Shown in pieces: positions 12,371-26,559 of a stretch of DNA of 64,000 nucleotides. Source of the stretch: Octopus sinensis. Lineage: Eukaryota. The translations under genes were made by a program, and so were the position numbers. Below the pieces are notes generated by a model. The model saw only the letters and a list, made by a program, of their open reading frames with translations. It was not told where the DNA came from and did no database searches. The stretch spans positions 51,336,001 to 51,400,000 of the forward strand of contig NC_043012.1 in assembly GCF_006345805.1 (NCBI RefSeq), in the 5' to 3' direction. How positions within the stretch are numbered: the stretch's first letter is position 1; every line of letters begins with the position of its first letter.

Positions 12371-13463
12371 TTTTACGTCTATTATCAACTTTTTTTTTTC
12401 TTTAGCATGCTAATGCTTATGGGTGTCTGTCACTTAGCTAGGTGTGCCGACTTCAATGGAATTGAAAACCATCTGACCGCTAACCCAAGTTGAAAATCAC
12501 TGTTGATTAAAACTATCCATTGGTTTAAGTTTTCTCTTTCCGGCTCTCTCTTCCCTACTGAATTTATGTATATTGTATTTTAATTTATTGTTTATATGTA
12601 TTGTTTATCACTCTCAATATACGTGTTTATTGAATGTCGCTATTTTCTTTCCTTTCTCATCCCATTCTTATCTTTTGCTTACATTAAGGATGACCACATT
12701 CCAATATTTATATCCAGCATCTTAATTCATAACACACAAATTTATTTGATAGTTACATTTATTTTTTACTGGCAATACCACTTTAATTTTATCAATTGGC
12801 GGTCTTCAGTACATTGTATATATAAAGGATAATTTTGTACATATACGTAAACTTCAAGCAATGGTTTAATCATGATATTCTCGCTCTCTGAAGGGCTAAC
12901 CGTCTATATTTGCATATTAGTTTAGGCATATATAATAAAGTATTATATACTGCCAACGACCGTAATCCTACGGATATGACGTAGTGAAATAACCACTTGA
13001 TATTCACCTCTCATACTTTCTGTCATTTTATGGTCTCTCTCTCTCACTCGATCTCTTTCTACACCCCTTCATGCATGTGTGTGCGTGTGCACACTTGTGT
13101 GTGGATCTGTATGTTGTTGCAAGCTTGTGTGTACCTATGCGTGTGTGTCGTTGTCTTTCTCTCCAACACTTACGTGATAACCGATGATCGTTTGTGTACG
13201 TCCCCTTAAAATAACGACATGGCAAAAAAGACCGATGCAATAAGTATCAGGCTTTAAAAATAAGTACTGAGGTGTATGTGTGTGTGAGCGTGCGCACGTG
13301 TGTGTGAGTGTGCATGTATGCATGAACATTTATATGTTTGTATATATACATGTATTTACATATATACATATATATATATATGTGTGTGTGTGTGTATATA
13401 TATTATATATGCATGTATATGCATGTGCATATATTTATCTATCTATCTATATCTATCTATCTG

Positions 13464-13518
<55 letters not shown>

Positions 13519-13737
13519 TATGTATGTGTGTTTTTTATATACATATCTATGTACATATATATATTCACACAAACATATCTTCATGCCTACGTGCACCCCG
13601 CCGCGCGCCCGCACACACACATACACGCATATATATATATGTATATATATATATATGTGTATTAGACAAAAAGAGATAACAAAGTCACGCCTGTGAGGAG
13701 TTTCAGGACATTTATAAGAAAAGAGATATAGATATAG

Positions 13738-15003
13738 CCTCACAACCATTTCTGGGATATCATGGATGTCCCTTCATCAGAGACGATGTGAGATGGTTAA
13801 ATAGAGGTAAATGATTGAGTTCGAAATAAGGAATTATTATGGAAAAGGCGGAGATTATATAGAGAGGCAAATAAGAGAAAGGATGTAGAAATAAATCATA
13901 AATCTTTGTGGTTACACTACCATTGTTTGACTATGGTGGTGTGTAGAAGTGGTAAAAATGTTTCGTGTACACGGTGTGTAAGTTCCATAAGTAGTTCATG
14001 TTTAGTCATTTCAAAGTATGTAGCCATGGACTCTGTGTTGCTCATTCCAAGGTGTTTTGTGGTGTGAATAAAAATTTGAGAATGTATTAGTAGTATTTGT
14101 TGATAGATGGTGGGTGGGGGTAGAGATGTATACAATTAGAATGAGGAGGTAGTTCAAAGTGAAGTCAGGAATAGAAAATGGGAGGAAGAAAGAGAGAAAA
14201 AGAAAAAATAACAATAAAATAACAATAACAATAATAACAATAACAATAATAAAAAGAGAGAAAAAAGAGAGAAGAAAGAAAACATTAAAAAAGGGTGAAA
14301 GAAGTAAGAAAGGGAGTGTTAGTGGTGGTCAAGATAATGTGAAGCGAGGATGGGAGGGAAGTAGGGAAGGGTGGATAGGAAGAGATGAGGAATAAATGTG
14401 AGATATATGAGTAGGTGTGATGTGATAGGGCTGTATTAAGAGATAGGTAGAGAAATGATATGGTGGAATGATACCAAATTGAGTAGTAGTTTTAGTATTA
14501 AAATTTAAAGTGGAGGGAAGTAAAGGATTTCAAATTTATAAAATAAACCTATGCGATAGGTTAGTGAGATTAGAGATGAATAAAGAAGGTATAATGACAT
14601 ACGTACGCGTATCCCTGTATTCACTTTGATCTATCTCTTCATTCTAATCATACACATCTCCCCACCCACGTCTATCAACAAATACTACCAATACACTCTC
14701 AAATTTTCATTCCCACCACAAAACACCTTGGAATGAGGAACACAGACTCCATAGCTCCATATTTTGAAATGACTAAACATGAACTACTATTGGAACTTAT
14801 ATACCATGTAGGGAATTAATTTTTAACGCTTCTATAGACCACTATACTCAAATAATGGAATTGCAACTACAATGTTTTATATTTTATTTCTACTTTCATT
14901 CTCTTATTTCCTTATTTTTAACTCATAATATTACCTCTATTTAACCCTCTCACATCGTCTCTGATGAATGGATATTCATGATATCCCAGAAACAGCTGTA
15001 AGA
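13738..15003. mobile_element. Penelope-like element relic: about 400-bp inverted arms (13738-14148 and 14635-15003) around a purine-rich spacer
   Basis: The arms align in inverted orientation (e.g. caccacaaaacaccttggaatgag, tttgaaatgactaaacatgaactac, ctcacatcgtctctgatgaa). Each outer end carries a hammerhead-like motif, an arrangement known from PLE pseudo-LTRs. Confidence 0.7.
14958..15003 (+). ncRNA. Type I hammerhead-ribozyme-like motif
   Basis: TCT/AGA stem I; CTGATGA at 14961-14967; stem II GGATAT-tcatg-ATATCC; GAAA at 14989-14992; palindrome ACAGCTGT as stem III; GUA triplet at 14998-15000. Confidence 0.65.
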
Positions 15004-15078
15004 ATATATATATATATATATATATATAAATGTCCTGAAAACACTCAACCTTGGCTTTGTTTTCTTTTTATATTTTAT

Positions 15079-15150
<72 letters not shown>

Positions 15151-15226
15151 TAGCTATATATATACATACATATATATATGTGTGTATACATATATATATA
15201 TATATGTATATATATATGTGTATATA

Positions 15227-15273
<47 letters not shown>

Positions 15274-15829
15274 TATATATATATAATATATATATATATA
15301 TACAACTCTAAATCTTCCCACTGGAATACTCAACAAACACATTAACAAGTGTTCTTTTCTTAACTTCAATACCTATAACAGAAGATACTTTTGAAGTATC
15401 GCCGATCAAGGTGATTTTTCAATCAATTATACGTCTAGTAACCTATAAAATATCTTACTTGACTCTCTTTAAGGGCAAAATAAATTGTTTGCTCATGCAA
15501 CCGAACGAGAAGTGCATACTTTTAGGAGATATCGTTATCTTTAACTGCCCAATGTGATTGCAGTATTGTACTATGCATGAATTTTAGCATCTTAGTAAAA
15601 TGTGTAAAGACTCTAAGAAAGAGAATCTATTCCAGTGAACCATTATAGCACTCTGACCTCCATAATATCTGGCACAATACATATATTTTTAGTGTCCTTT
15701 TCCGGATGACCCGCTCTGGATGTTTGCAGTCACTGTTCAATTCCTGAAAATATCTCTTTTGAATGTCTAGTTTATTAAATTTGCGTAGGTGTTATTCTGA
15801 ACAGTAATAGTGGCAAAGTTAGGAAGAAG

Positions 15830-15975
15830 AAGGAAGGAAGAGGATGAAGAAGAAGAAGAAGAAGAAGAAGGAGGAGGAGGAGGAGAAGAAGAAGAAGAAG
15901 AAGAAGAAGAAGAAGAAGAAGAAGAAGAAGAAGAAGATGATGATGATGATGATGATGAAGAAGAAGAAGAAGAAA
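15830..15975. repeat. Purine-rich compound (GAA)n/(GGA)n/(GAT)n microsatellite
   Basis: Directly visible; explains the poly-E and poly-K ORFs. Confidence 0.95.
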
Positions 15976-16169
15976 GAGAAGGGAGAATTGGAAGAAAGAG
16001 AAAAAAGAATAAGAAGGAATGTAGGTAGTGTGAAAGTAGTAAGGTGTTAAAAGTTCAAATGACTTAAAATTGGCTCGTTATGGATTATAGCAGTGATTGG
16101 GACTGTTTTTTAATGAATTCTTGGGAATCTCTTGAGTGCACCGTTTATAATATTTGCGTGTGTATTTGT

Positions 16170-16640
16170 GTTATTCTAAGGTCGCGGTGGATATGTCGTT
16201 TGTTGTAGACACGTCTAAAAGAAGTCTGTATTTTGTAATAAAGAGAGTCGCTTTACTAATTCGTTGGCTCAAGGTTGTATTGTCCCTGAATTGGTAGATG
16301 GAAAATATTCTGAACCTTGGATTTTTGGTATTGGAGCAAATGTCTATGTGTTGGCTGAATGTTATTTTTCTGTTTTGCAGAATTTTTATCTGGGATCTGT
16401 GCAGAGCGATTCTTTTACGTAGACTGTTTTTGTTTGTCCTATGTATTGCTTTTGAGACCCAAAGCAGGTTAGTGCGTAAATCAGGTTCTCCGAAGCACAT
16501 GTGAAGTTGCTTTTCACTGAGAAGGAGAACTGTTTGAAGGAGAACTCTGATATTTCAATTAACTAGTCGCTGATCCCCCAGTTGGGTCTTCCGCATTTTT
16601 TTTGCTGACGGCTTGTGTTGTTGAGCGTATTCGGGCTTGT
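16170..16640 (-). mobile_element. Penelope-like element GIY-YIG endonuclease domain (frameshifted)
   Basis: KKCGRPN..VKSNFTCASENLIYALTCFGSQKQYIGQT, a -1 shift in an A-run near 16427-16431, then KNSLRKRIALHRSQI..SQHIDIC..RISKATLFITKYRLLL. Confidence 0.85.
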
Positions 16641-16713
16641 GTTATGAAACTCTTCATAGATTAGGGCTGTCGTCTCTTTCTTTTTATGATGGTGTGTGTT
16701 TAGAGGATGGTGT

Positions 16714-16783
16714 GGGGAAATTTCGAAACTGGGTTCTCATTCCTAAGGTATTTTTCGATGTTATTATTCCATGCAGTGACCTC

Positions 16784-16863
<80 letters not shown>

Positions 16864-16922
16864 GAACAACAACAACATCGAAAAATACCTTAGGAATGAG
16901 AACCCAGGTTCGAAATTTCCCC
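16714..16922. repeat. 49-bp inverted repeat (48/49 match) enclosing (AAT)n
   Basis: 16714-16762 versus 16874-16922 with one mismatch; the right arm runs into a degenerate hammerhead-like motif at 16930-16963. Confidence 0.95.
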
Positions 16923-18187
16923 CAAACCTCTGATGTATGCTGGAGGGCATATCAGCCGCAGAATTCTTAATATATACATATATAGCCAACCCATCATAAT
17001 AGTATCACACATTGTTAAGATAAGTTGGAAGATCAATCAAATGGTACTGCAGTAGGTTCAACCTATGTAGATGATAGATACTTATGTATCTCGTTGGCAA
17101 CAAGTCAGCATCATCATCAGAAGGCACACAGACCACCTCTAACAACAATCTGAACAAGTAGACTTCATTGTAACTGACTACCTACCAAAAGAAATTTTCC
17201 ACACTGCTGTTGATTGGACCTATTATCTCATTCATTTGTCATTGATATTTTTTCTTGTTTTTCTTCTTTTTTTATCTCGTTATTTACTAGAACTTTTCCT
17301 CTTTCTACAGTAGGCAGGAAACAGTATATTTTGACACAGATAAAATCTTCACAGATTTATGAGTCTGCGTCACACCCTCATTCGCAAACTCAATTACCTG
17401 TCTGTGAATGTTTGTAATAATAATTATTTAATCGATCATACAATATTGAGATGCTAGCTGCTCTATCACTTAATTTCTTTCTGTATATTGAAACCATGCA
17501 ATCAGTATAAAGGCAGCAGGTGATAACCAAATGTTTATTTCACAGACTGATTTTCTCTTTAACCCACATTTGCATTTGTACAACTTGCATTTCCAGTTAC
17601 GATGTTAATCTATCTAAATATGTTATCATGGTGAGAGGGAAGAAACTCAAAAATCGTTGGATGAAAAGTTGTGACATTTTGCAATATTATGGCACATGTA
17701 TATATTCAGCGTTTATACAAATCTATGATTAAATTACTTTTGAATGACCTGGATTAATGTACATGTCAGTAATAACTTTTGATCTAAACAGTCTCCAAAG
17801 CTTCACGTATTCAGTTTATGGTATTAGTCCGAAGGTGACGTTAAAGATAAAATTGTCTGAGTCATCAGGTGGTACAAATAGCAAGTAATTTAATTAAATA
17901 TATTTTATTTCTTTCCCTCACTTCAGGTTGAACGTTAAATATATGTAGGTACTCACATTTTGAACGACAAGGTTTCTATCTGTAATATAATGAGACACAG
18001 GATCGTTCTAGTTCACTATAAACTATCATGTATACGAAAGACTAATTGGATATTGTGCATATGTAAAGACGAAATCTAAGTATTTCAATCTATATATTTC
18101 AATTCAGTAGATGAGAGACTTAAATAAATATTAGAGTTTACGAAAAAAAATCTATTAAAATACTTTCTTTTATCCTTCTATTTTGTG

Positions 18188-18430
18188 GAGGCGCCTAGCT
18201 TAGTGGTTAGGGTGTTGAACTCATGATTGTAAGGTTGTGGTTTCGATTCCTCGACCGGGCGATGCGTTGTATTCTTGAGCAAAACACTTCATTTCACGTT
18301 GCTCCAGTCCACTCAGCTGGCAAAAAAGGGTAAGCCTGTAACGGACTGGCATCCCGTTCAGATGGGGAATATATACACCATTGAAACCGAGAAACTAGCC
18401 CGTATGAGCCTGGCATGGCTCGAGAAGGAA
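18188..18430 (+). mobile_element. tRNA-derived SINE (family C-like head)
   Basis: A-box-like agcttagtggttagg and B-box-like ggtttcgattcc, followed by the body cctgtaacggactggcatcccgt. Confidence 0.8.
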
Positions 18431-18503
18431 CATTTTTTAAAAACCTATTCGATCCAATATCCCATACAGCGCTATTGGAATATGTTCTAAAATTCCAGTA
18501 ATA

Positions 18504-18730
18504 TACTCTTTTACTCTTTTATTTGTTTTAGTCATTTGACTGTGGCCATGCTGGAGCACCGCCTTTATTCAAGCAAATCGACTCCGGGACTTATTCTTTG
18601 TAAGCCCAGTTCTTATTCTATCGGTCTCTTTTGCCGAACCGCTAAGTGACGGGGACGTAAACACACCAGCATCGGTTGTCAAGCAACGCTAGGGGGACAA
18701 ACACACACACACACAAACACACACACACAC

Positions 18731-18776
<46 letters not shown>

Positions 18777-18939
18777 GACAGGCTTCTTTCAGTTTCCGTC
18801 TACCAAATCCACTCACAAGGCATTGGTCGTCCCGAGGCTATAGCAGAAGACACTTGCCCAAGATGCCACGCAGTGGGACTGAACCCGGAACCATGTGGTT
18901 GGTAAGCAAGCCTCTTACCACACAGTCACTCCTTCGCCT
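18504..18939 (-). mobile_element. SINE family A, full-length copy
   Basis: tRNA-like head at the right end, central (CA)n(TA)n, tail tactcttttactctttt; near-identical architecture at 21651-22090 and 27685-28110. Confidence 0.9.
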
Positions 18940-19829
18940 GTGGAACATCGAAAATTTTCATATGTAAAGCTAAAGATAATTATTATCACTCTTACTGCCA
19001 ATAGCATTTGGTATAACAGCATATTTATTGATGATATGCTGATAGAAACCCAGCTGCATTGATTCCTTCACAGAGTAAATTTGTGGGTGGTAGTTCGTAT
19101 AATTGGAATATTTCTAAATTGGTTACTCTTTATCAGGTGAGATTTACTAAAGTTACTTCATGTTTAGTTGTGTCGATAGCGGAGTATGAACCATCGAATA
19201 TTCCTATGGCGTATTCATTTCCTTCATTGATATATCAAAACGTTTGAAACGATAAGAAATCTATGACATATACGTGCATGTGTGTTTCTATGTGTGTGTG
19301 TGTGTATGAGTGTGTGAGCATATGTCCAGGTATTTTATGTTCCTGAACATCTCATTGTCGCACACTGATTTCTCTAGCTGTTTCGAATATTTAAACTTAG
19401 ACCCACATCTAGGAGAACACATACTGTGTTCAATTGGAATTCTTCTGGCCAAATGGCTAATAACATTTTAACCAGTATTCATTTGTTGTCCTTGGCATTT
19501 CCAGACATTTCTATAAATCAAATTGTCCACTGTTAAAGAACACAGGTATACAGCTAATCCTATGCCTGTCCCTATGACAATTAGTCTTGTGTGCGCTGAG
19601 TTTTTTTTTTTTTTATCCCAGAGCAGAGTTGAATCAGATAAGCTGAGCTATATTTCTGCCTTGTCTCATAACAATTAGGTAGTGACGGAAATTTTAGCTT
19701 CACAACTGCATCGATTTTGTATTACCCCGTTTCTTTTATGCCTTCGATAGTGTTCTCATCTTAATAAACAAACTTACTAGATGTAGCAACGGCGTTACCA
19801 CAGTTGGTGATCTGAATATGTATAGCCGC

Positions 19830-20110
19830 GGTCACCTGGTGTTGTAGTGACTCAGGATTTGTGCGGGCACCCTTTCTCAGAACAAAGGAATACGTGCGCG
19901 CATGCATCACCCTGCAGCACCCACCTCATAGCTATCCGTCGCATGGGAGGAACAAACCTGTTCTCTGTCTCCCTCTTGATCCTACTACGGTTTTGCTGTC
20001 ATTAGACGCAACAGCTGCGTGTTGGATAGGGTCTGGTGGTAGGCCCCTCATTAGATGAATGGTCGTGATTTACACGACAGTCACTGCTTCGGAAGAGTTT
20101 TCTGTCACTT
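19830..20110 (+). mobile_element. Probable RTE LINE 3' end relic
   Basis: GC-rich island translating LPLDPTTVLLSLDATAACWIGSGGRPLIR, resembling the RTE C-terminal DP..RIL....GW.RPRGRP motif. Confidence 0.45.
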
Positions 20111-20634
20111 GAATTGATATAATGAGAGAGACTTAAGATGACACATATTAAACCTACCACCCTTCCATAATAAATACATACACATCATATTCACATATAT
20201 ACACACATACATACTCACAAACACATATACACACACGCACACACATCCACGCACATACACACACACGCACACATACATTCGGAGCATGGCGACTATATAT
20301 GATATCTTAACCATCTAAAACATTCAAATGTCACATTTAACTAACCGTAATATTTCTGGCGTATTTGGTTTGTAATGAAACTCAACTGACCTGTGAGTTT
20401 TGACTTCTTGGCTTTTTATAAATATATTGCAATGATGTAAAATCATGCCAACTGGCAAACTGACCGGTCAACTAGAATGTAGTAAACTAACTCGTGTCAA
20501 TAAATTTTGACCTGAGTCACGTCTTACTGACACAATTGGCAGACATCACCAGATTTTTCTTTAGCTGTTAGCTTATATATTTTCATTTCCTCCTCCCCAA
20601 TCTATTTTATTATTACTCCTGTTATATGACCATA

Positions 20635-20679
<45 letters not shown>

Positions 20680-20746
20680 AACAGATAGATAAATGAAAAT
20701 GCATTAATTACTAAAAACGTACAGCGACTTTTGTTAACAGTAAGAC

Positions 20747-20780
<34 letters not shown>

Positions 20781-21650
20781 AGTATGTATGTATATACATA
20801 TATATGTACATATATGTACGTATTTATGTATGTATGCATCTCAATATCCCAAATAATCTTCAAGATGACATGCTTTCAAATCTCTACTCATCTTAATCTT
20901 GAAAAATTGTTCTCATTTTCCGGCCTCTGATAAAACTGGACTTTCAATGAGCATTTCTATATTTAAAACTGTTATCGATTTTATTTTTAATGGAGGCAGA
21001 TTATTATTTGTAAGAAAGGCCGTTGCTATTTTCAAAACATCACATGGCAGCATAGCGTCACATTAATTGACTCGTAACATATTCACAGTAGATACAAAGT
21101 TTAATAAACGTGGTGACGTACACTAATATATAGTATTTATGAATAATTTTCAGCCTTCTGCATATGTATATGGCACAACTAATACAATCCTACGAATTTT
21201 AATATGCCCGGTGTATGTTTTCTAATCTCAAACTATAAATATTCCGTCTAGTCATCCTGTCAAGCAAGTCTGTTCTCTCACTCTTACAATTTCTCCGTCT
21301 CACAGTCATTGCAAAATCTTGTGTGTGAGTAGTCTGCTTGGTTTTCAGCAATTGGTACTCAGTCCTTTATTCTATAGGCTAGAAAAATGACGCACACTGA
21401 GCAGTAGAATCATTAGTGTAATAATTTAGAATGTATATTCTGAGCTATATGTTAGGTCTGATAGAGAACTGGAAAGAGTGATATATACTGCATAACCTCA
21501 TATCAAATATATGGCGTTTTAAAGTTAAATCGCTCAGAATAGGCTTGGTATTAATACGTGAAAGCTAGTCTGCATAGTGTAAAACTTATGCATTACGCGA
21601 TTATTAAGGAATACGAGGTCACTTTCGCAAAGAGACGGTGGTAGTGCTAG

Positions 21651-21809
21651 GCTGTGTGGTAAGTAGCTTGCTTACGAACCACATGGTTCCGGGTTCAGTC
21701 CCACTGCGTGGCACCTCGGGCGAGGGTCTTCTATTATAGCCTCGAGTCGACCAAAGCCTTGTGAGTGGATTTGGTAGACGGAAACTGAAAGAAGCCCGTC
21801 AGATATATG

Positions 21810-21843
<34 letters not shown>

Positions 21844-22090
21844 ATATGTATGTATGTATGTGTGTGTATGTGTTTGTGTGTCTGTGTTTGTTCCCCTAAC
21901 ATCGTTTGACAACCGATGCTGGTGTGTTTACGCACCTGTAACTTATCAGTTCGGCAAAAGAGTCTGATAGAATAAGTACTAGGCTTATAAAGAATACGTC
22001 CTGGGGTCGATTTGCTCGATTAAAGGCGGTGCTCCAGCATGGCCACAGTCAAACGACTGAAACAAGTAACACAGTAAAAGAGTAAGAGAG
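21651..22090 (+). mobile_element. SINE family A, full-length copy
   Basis: gctgtgtggtaagtagcttgcttacgaaccacatggttccgggttcagtcccactgcgtggc head; inverted homolog of 18504-18939. Confidence 0.9.
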
Positions 22091-22764
22091 TAACATGCGA
22101 TACGATTGGAAACACAAATCCTAAATTTAACTTACCTATCATACAACTTTTCAAATGATAAACCTTTCTACTACGGGTACCAAACCTGAAATTTTTGGGT
22201 GCGGAGCTGTTTGATTAAATCGCCCCTAGTGTTTAACTGGTGCATTCTTTACCGACCCTGAAATAATAAAAAGTAGTGTCATGCTGAGTGGAATATGGTC
22301 TCAGAACGTAAAACCTGGTGAAATATGGCTAAACACTTTCTCTAGAGTGTTAATAATTCTGCCAGTTAGCCAAATTAATTTTGCAAATAATAAAACTGGA
22401 CAATGCTAATTGCATTGGGATTGTTTTTGGTGGAATGTCTGCCTTCTCTACAGAAAATCTGGGTTCGAGTACTGACAGAAACACAAATGATTCGAAAGAA
22501 ATTGTTGTATTGTTGAGGATACTGCAAAACATAATTTTGTATGTGTGAGTGTTTGTGTGTGTGTATGCCTATGTGTTTACGTTCTGTGCGTGTTTGTTGG
22601 AGCGTGCATGTATTTATAACAATGTATACATGCATACGCACATGTATGCACGCGTATATGTGGAAATATGCACAGTAGACATATTCATCTGTAAGTAAAT
22701 ATATTAGTATATATGTATGTATATATGTATGCATGTGTAAATGTGTGTATGTATATATATATAC

Positions 22765-22813
<49 letters not shown>

Positions 22814-23829
22814 CTGTATTTGTGTACACTTACACACTCTCGGAAAGGAAAATATATAGAAATCCAGAGTCCCCTCTGAGTGTCGGTAGTGTGAAAAATA
22901 TTTATATTTATTGGTTTCGTGATGGCGTCAGTCTGCTGATCGATATCTACTATTTAGGCATTCAGAAATCGCAAGAAAAACTATTCTCTGCAAATTAAGA
23001 TGTATAAATCATACAAGAATATAGTTAAACACTAAAAAAGAACACAGCATACGAATCTTGACCTGATTCTCAATAGGAAATTCCTTCCTCTTAGTTTGAT
23101 CCCTTTCAAGAATAATAATAATACAAAACGAAAATGAAAAACTATGAGTTTCTGTAACTATATTTGGATAATGAAATCGTGATTAAATTAAGCTGACATT
23201 TTGTTTGCGGTTTGGTTGTTATCATAATACAATGAAATTTCCCTCGATAGTGAGTTTCTCCTGTGAAATACCTGTCATTCAATGTCTTTTTCTTATTGGC
23301 TGCTGGGAGAAATGTATCAAAAGAGCATTCTAATGTTGTGCATTGGTCTGCAAAGGACACTGTAGTATTTTCACTCAGGCGTACCAAGGAAGCACAACCG
23401 GATATCAAGTCTAGCTCTTGGAATCAAATTTAGGCTGCAGCAGGAACTATCAGCTGCCGTCCATGAGTTCAAAAGAACGTCAGGAAGTTCAACGACTGCA
23501 CCTGTCTGTGTATTATTCAGCACGAAACAAGTGAGTGTGTATGATCTATGGTTAAAAGCTTCACAATTCATGTTAAAGCTATTTTCATTGTTTAATATGA
23601 GCGTTTCTGGTGGCTAGTTCTATACATATGTATTTAGCCATAATTTTCTATTGATTGACTAGCCAGTATACTGCTGTTGAAATATTGCCAGCTCTTCAAA
23701 CTGAAATAAATGTCACCTCTTGTTATTGCGATATGAATACATTTACACTTAGGCGCCTGCTCATAGAGAACAATATTTAGCCTAGATGCCGCCATGTTCA
23801 CTCTTCTCAAAACTTTTATTTGTCATTGT

Positions 23830-25205
<1,376 letters not shown>

Positions 25206-26559
25206 TCAGCATCGTTGTTCTTGTCGGTAATAACTTTATCAAATTATGTCCTTCTTAATTTAATTATCCGATTTCTTCTCTTTGATGTATTCTACGAAAA
25301 ATCATTGGAATAGCCTTTTAATTGTTAACTAAAATTTTTCATGGCTTAAATTAATGTGATCTTGAAACAGTTCTTAGACAATCATTTGTATAACGTTCAG
25401 CTGGTATTATCATTTATTCTATCAAAATCTACATAGCAAACTAGCAATAATATTTCGAATATTTTATGTACAAGTCAATAAATATTTCTGGGAATGTGAT
25501 TTTCTAGTATGGTTCTATAGAATTTGATATAACTAAATAACGTATTCAGTGTTTTTATTGTTGTTGTTATTGCTTTTGTTGTTGTTGTTGCTGTTGTTGT
25601 TGTTGTTATTATTATTATCATTATTATTATTAGTATTATTATTATTATTTGGCCAAACATACACGAAATCCAATAAACTTGATACGGAAGTAGAAAACCA
25701 ATAACTTCCAGACAGAAAAAAATATAAGAGAACAAAAATAATCTTAAAGTTAAAATAAATATCATATGGTTTGTTAGGATGTCTTGTAGGGTGTCTATAT
25801 GTATTATCTCTGTTGCTTTTCATTTTGTGCTTCTCATAGTTCTTTTAACTAATGATTTCCTTAGTGTGATTTCCTATAGTAAGGTAAATGAATATATGTT
25901 CAACATATTTACGACGCTACTTTTTTTTTCCTTTTCGAATCATATGGACGGGAGAAATACATTTCCCTTGCCCCAAAATGTAAATCCTACAAAGTGTTGC
26001 CGCAATATAGTGAAACTCATTTTTAGTGATACTCAATGTCTCAAATTAGCTTACAGAGTTTATAAAATGTCATGATTTATACTTGATGCATTTACTGATA
26101 AATGAAAAACAAAGATTACATATGTGAATTTGTGTAGCAAGATTCCTGATGTAAAACCGTGTGTTCAAACAGATATTGTTGATTTTCGGGAGGGCTGTTC
26201 TTTTTTTTTTCATTTCTTTTTTCCTTATTCGTTCTTCACCCGTTTATTACTCATCTTATTTTATTTTATGACCATTGCCTGCAAATCTTTCATCACAGAA
26301 CTGTTATCTCTTCAGTGACCCTTTCCGTACACGTGCATTTTCCTGCTCCGCTTATTCCATTCTGTCCTTCTATGATGCGTAGCTTTATTTGACAAAAGAA
26401 AATTACCATCCTGAAATACAACATAAAATAACACAACCTTAAAACAATCGGTCACTATCTCACAGCACAGGTTGAATGATTTTTGATACATATCATAATG
26501 ATTATATACATGTTGATGAAAAGGTGACGGCTGGTTTAAGGTCTCTATTAAAAATTAAA

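Noticed and set aside
12900-12925. Octamer ATTTGCAT, and CCAAT or CRE-like words elsewhere (e.g. near 60825 and 21115)
   Set aside because: Single short motifs with no promoter context; expected by chance in 64 kb.
17905-17950. Microexon candidates at strong acceptors (17927, 24421, 47704)
   Set aside because: Frames of 18-21 nt are uninformative and such AG/GT pairs are expected by chance at this base composition.
18188-18260. tRNA-like sequences here and at 1663, 21651 and 50060-50130
   Set aside because: They have A/B-box-like motifs but no complete cloverleaf and run into SINE bodies, so they are SINE heads rather than tRNA genes.
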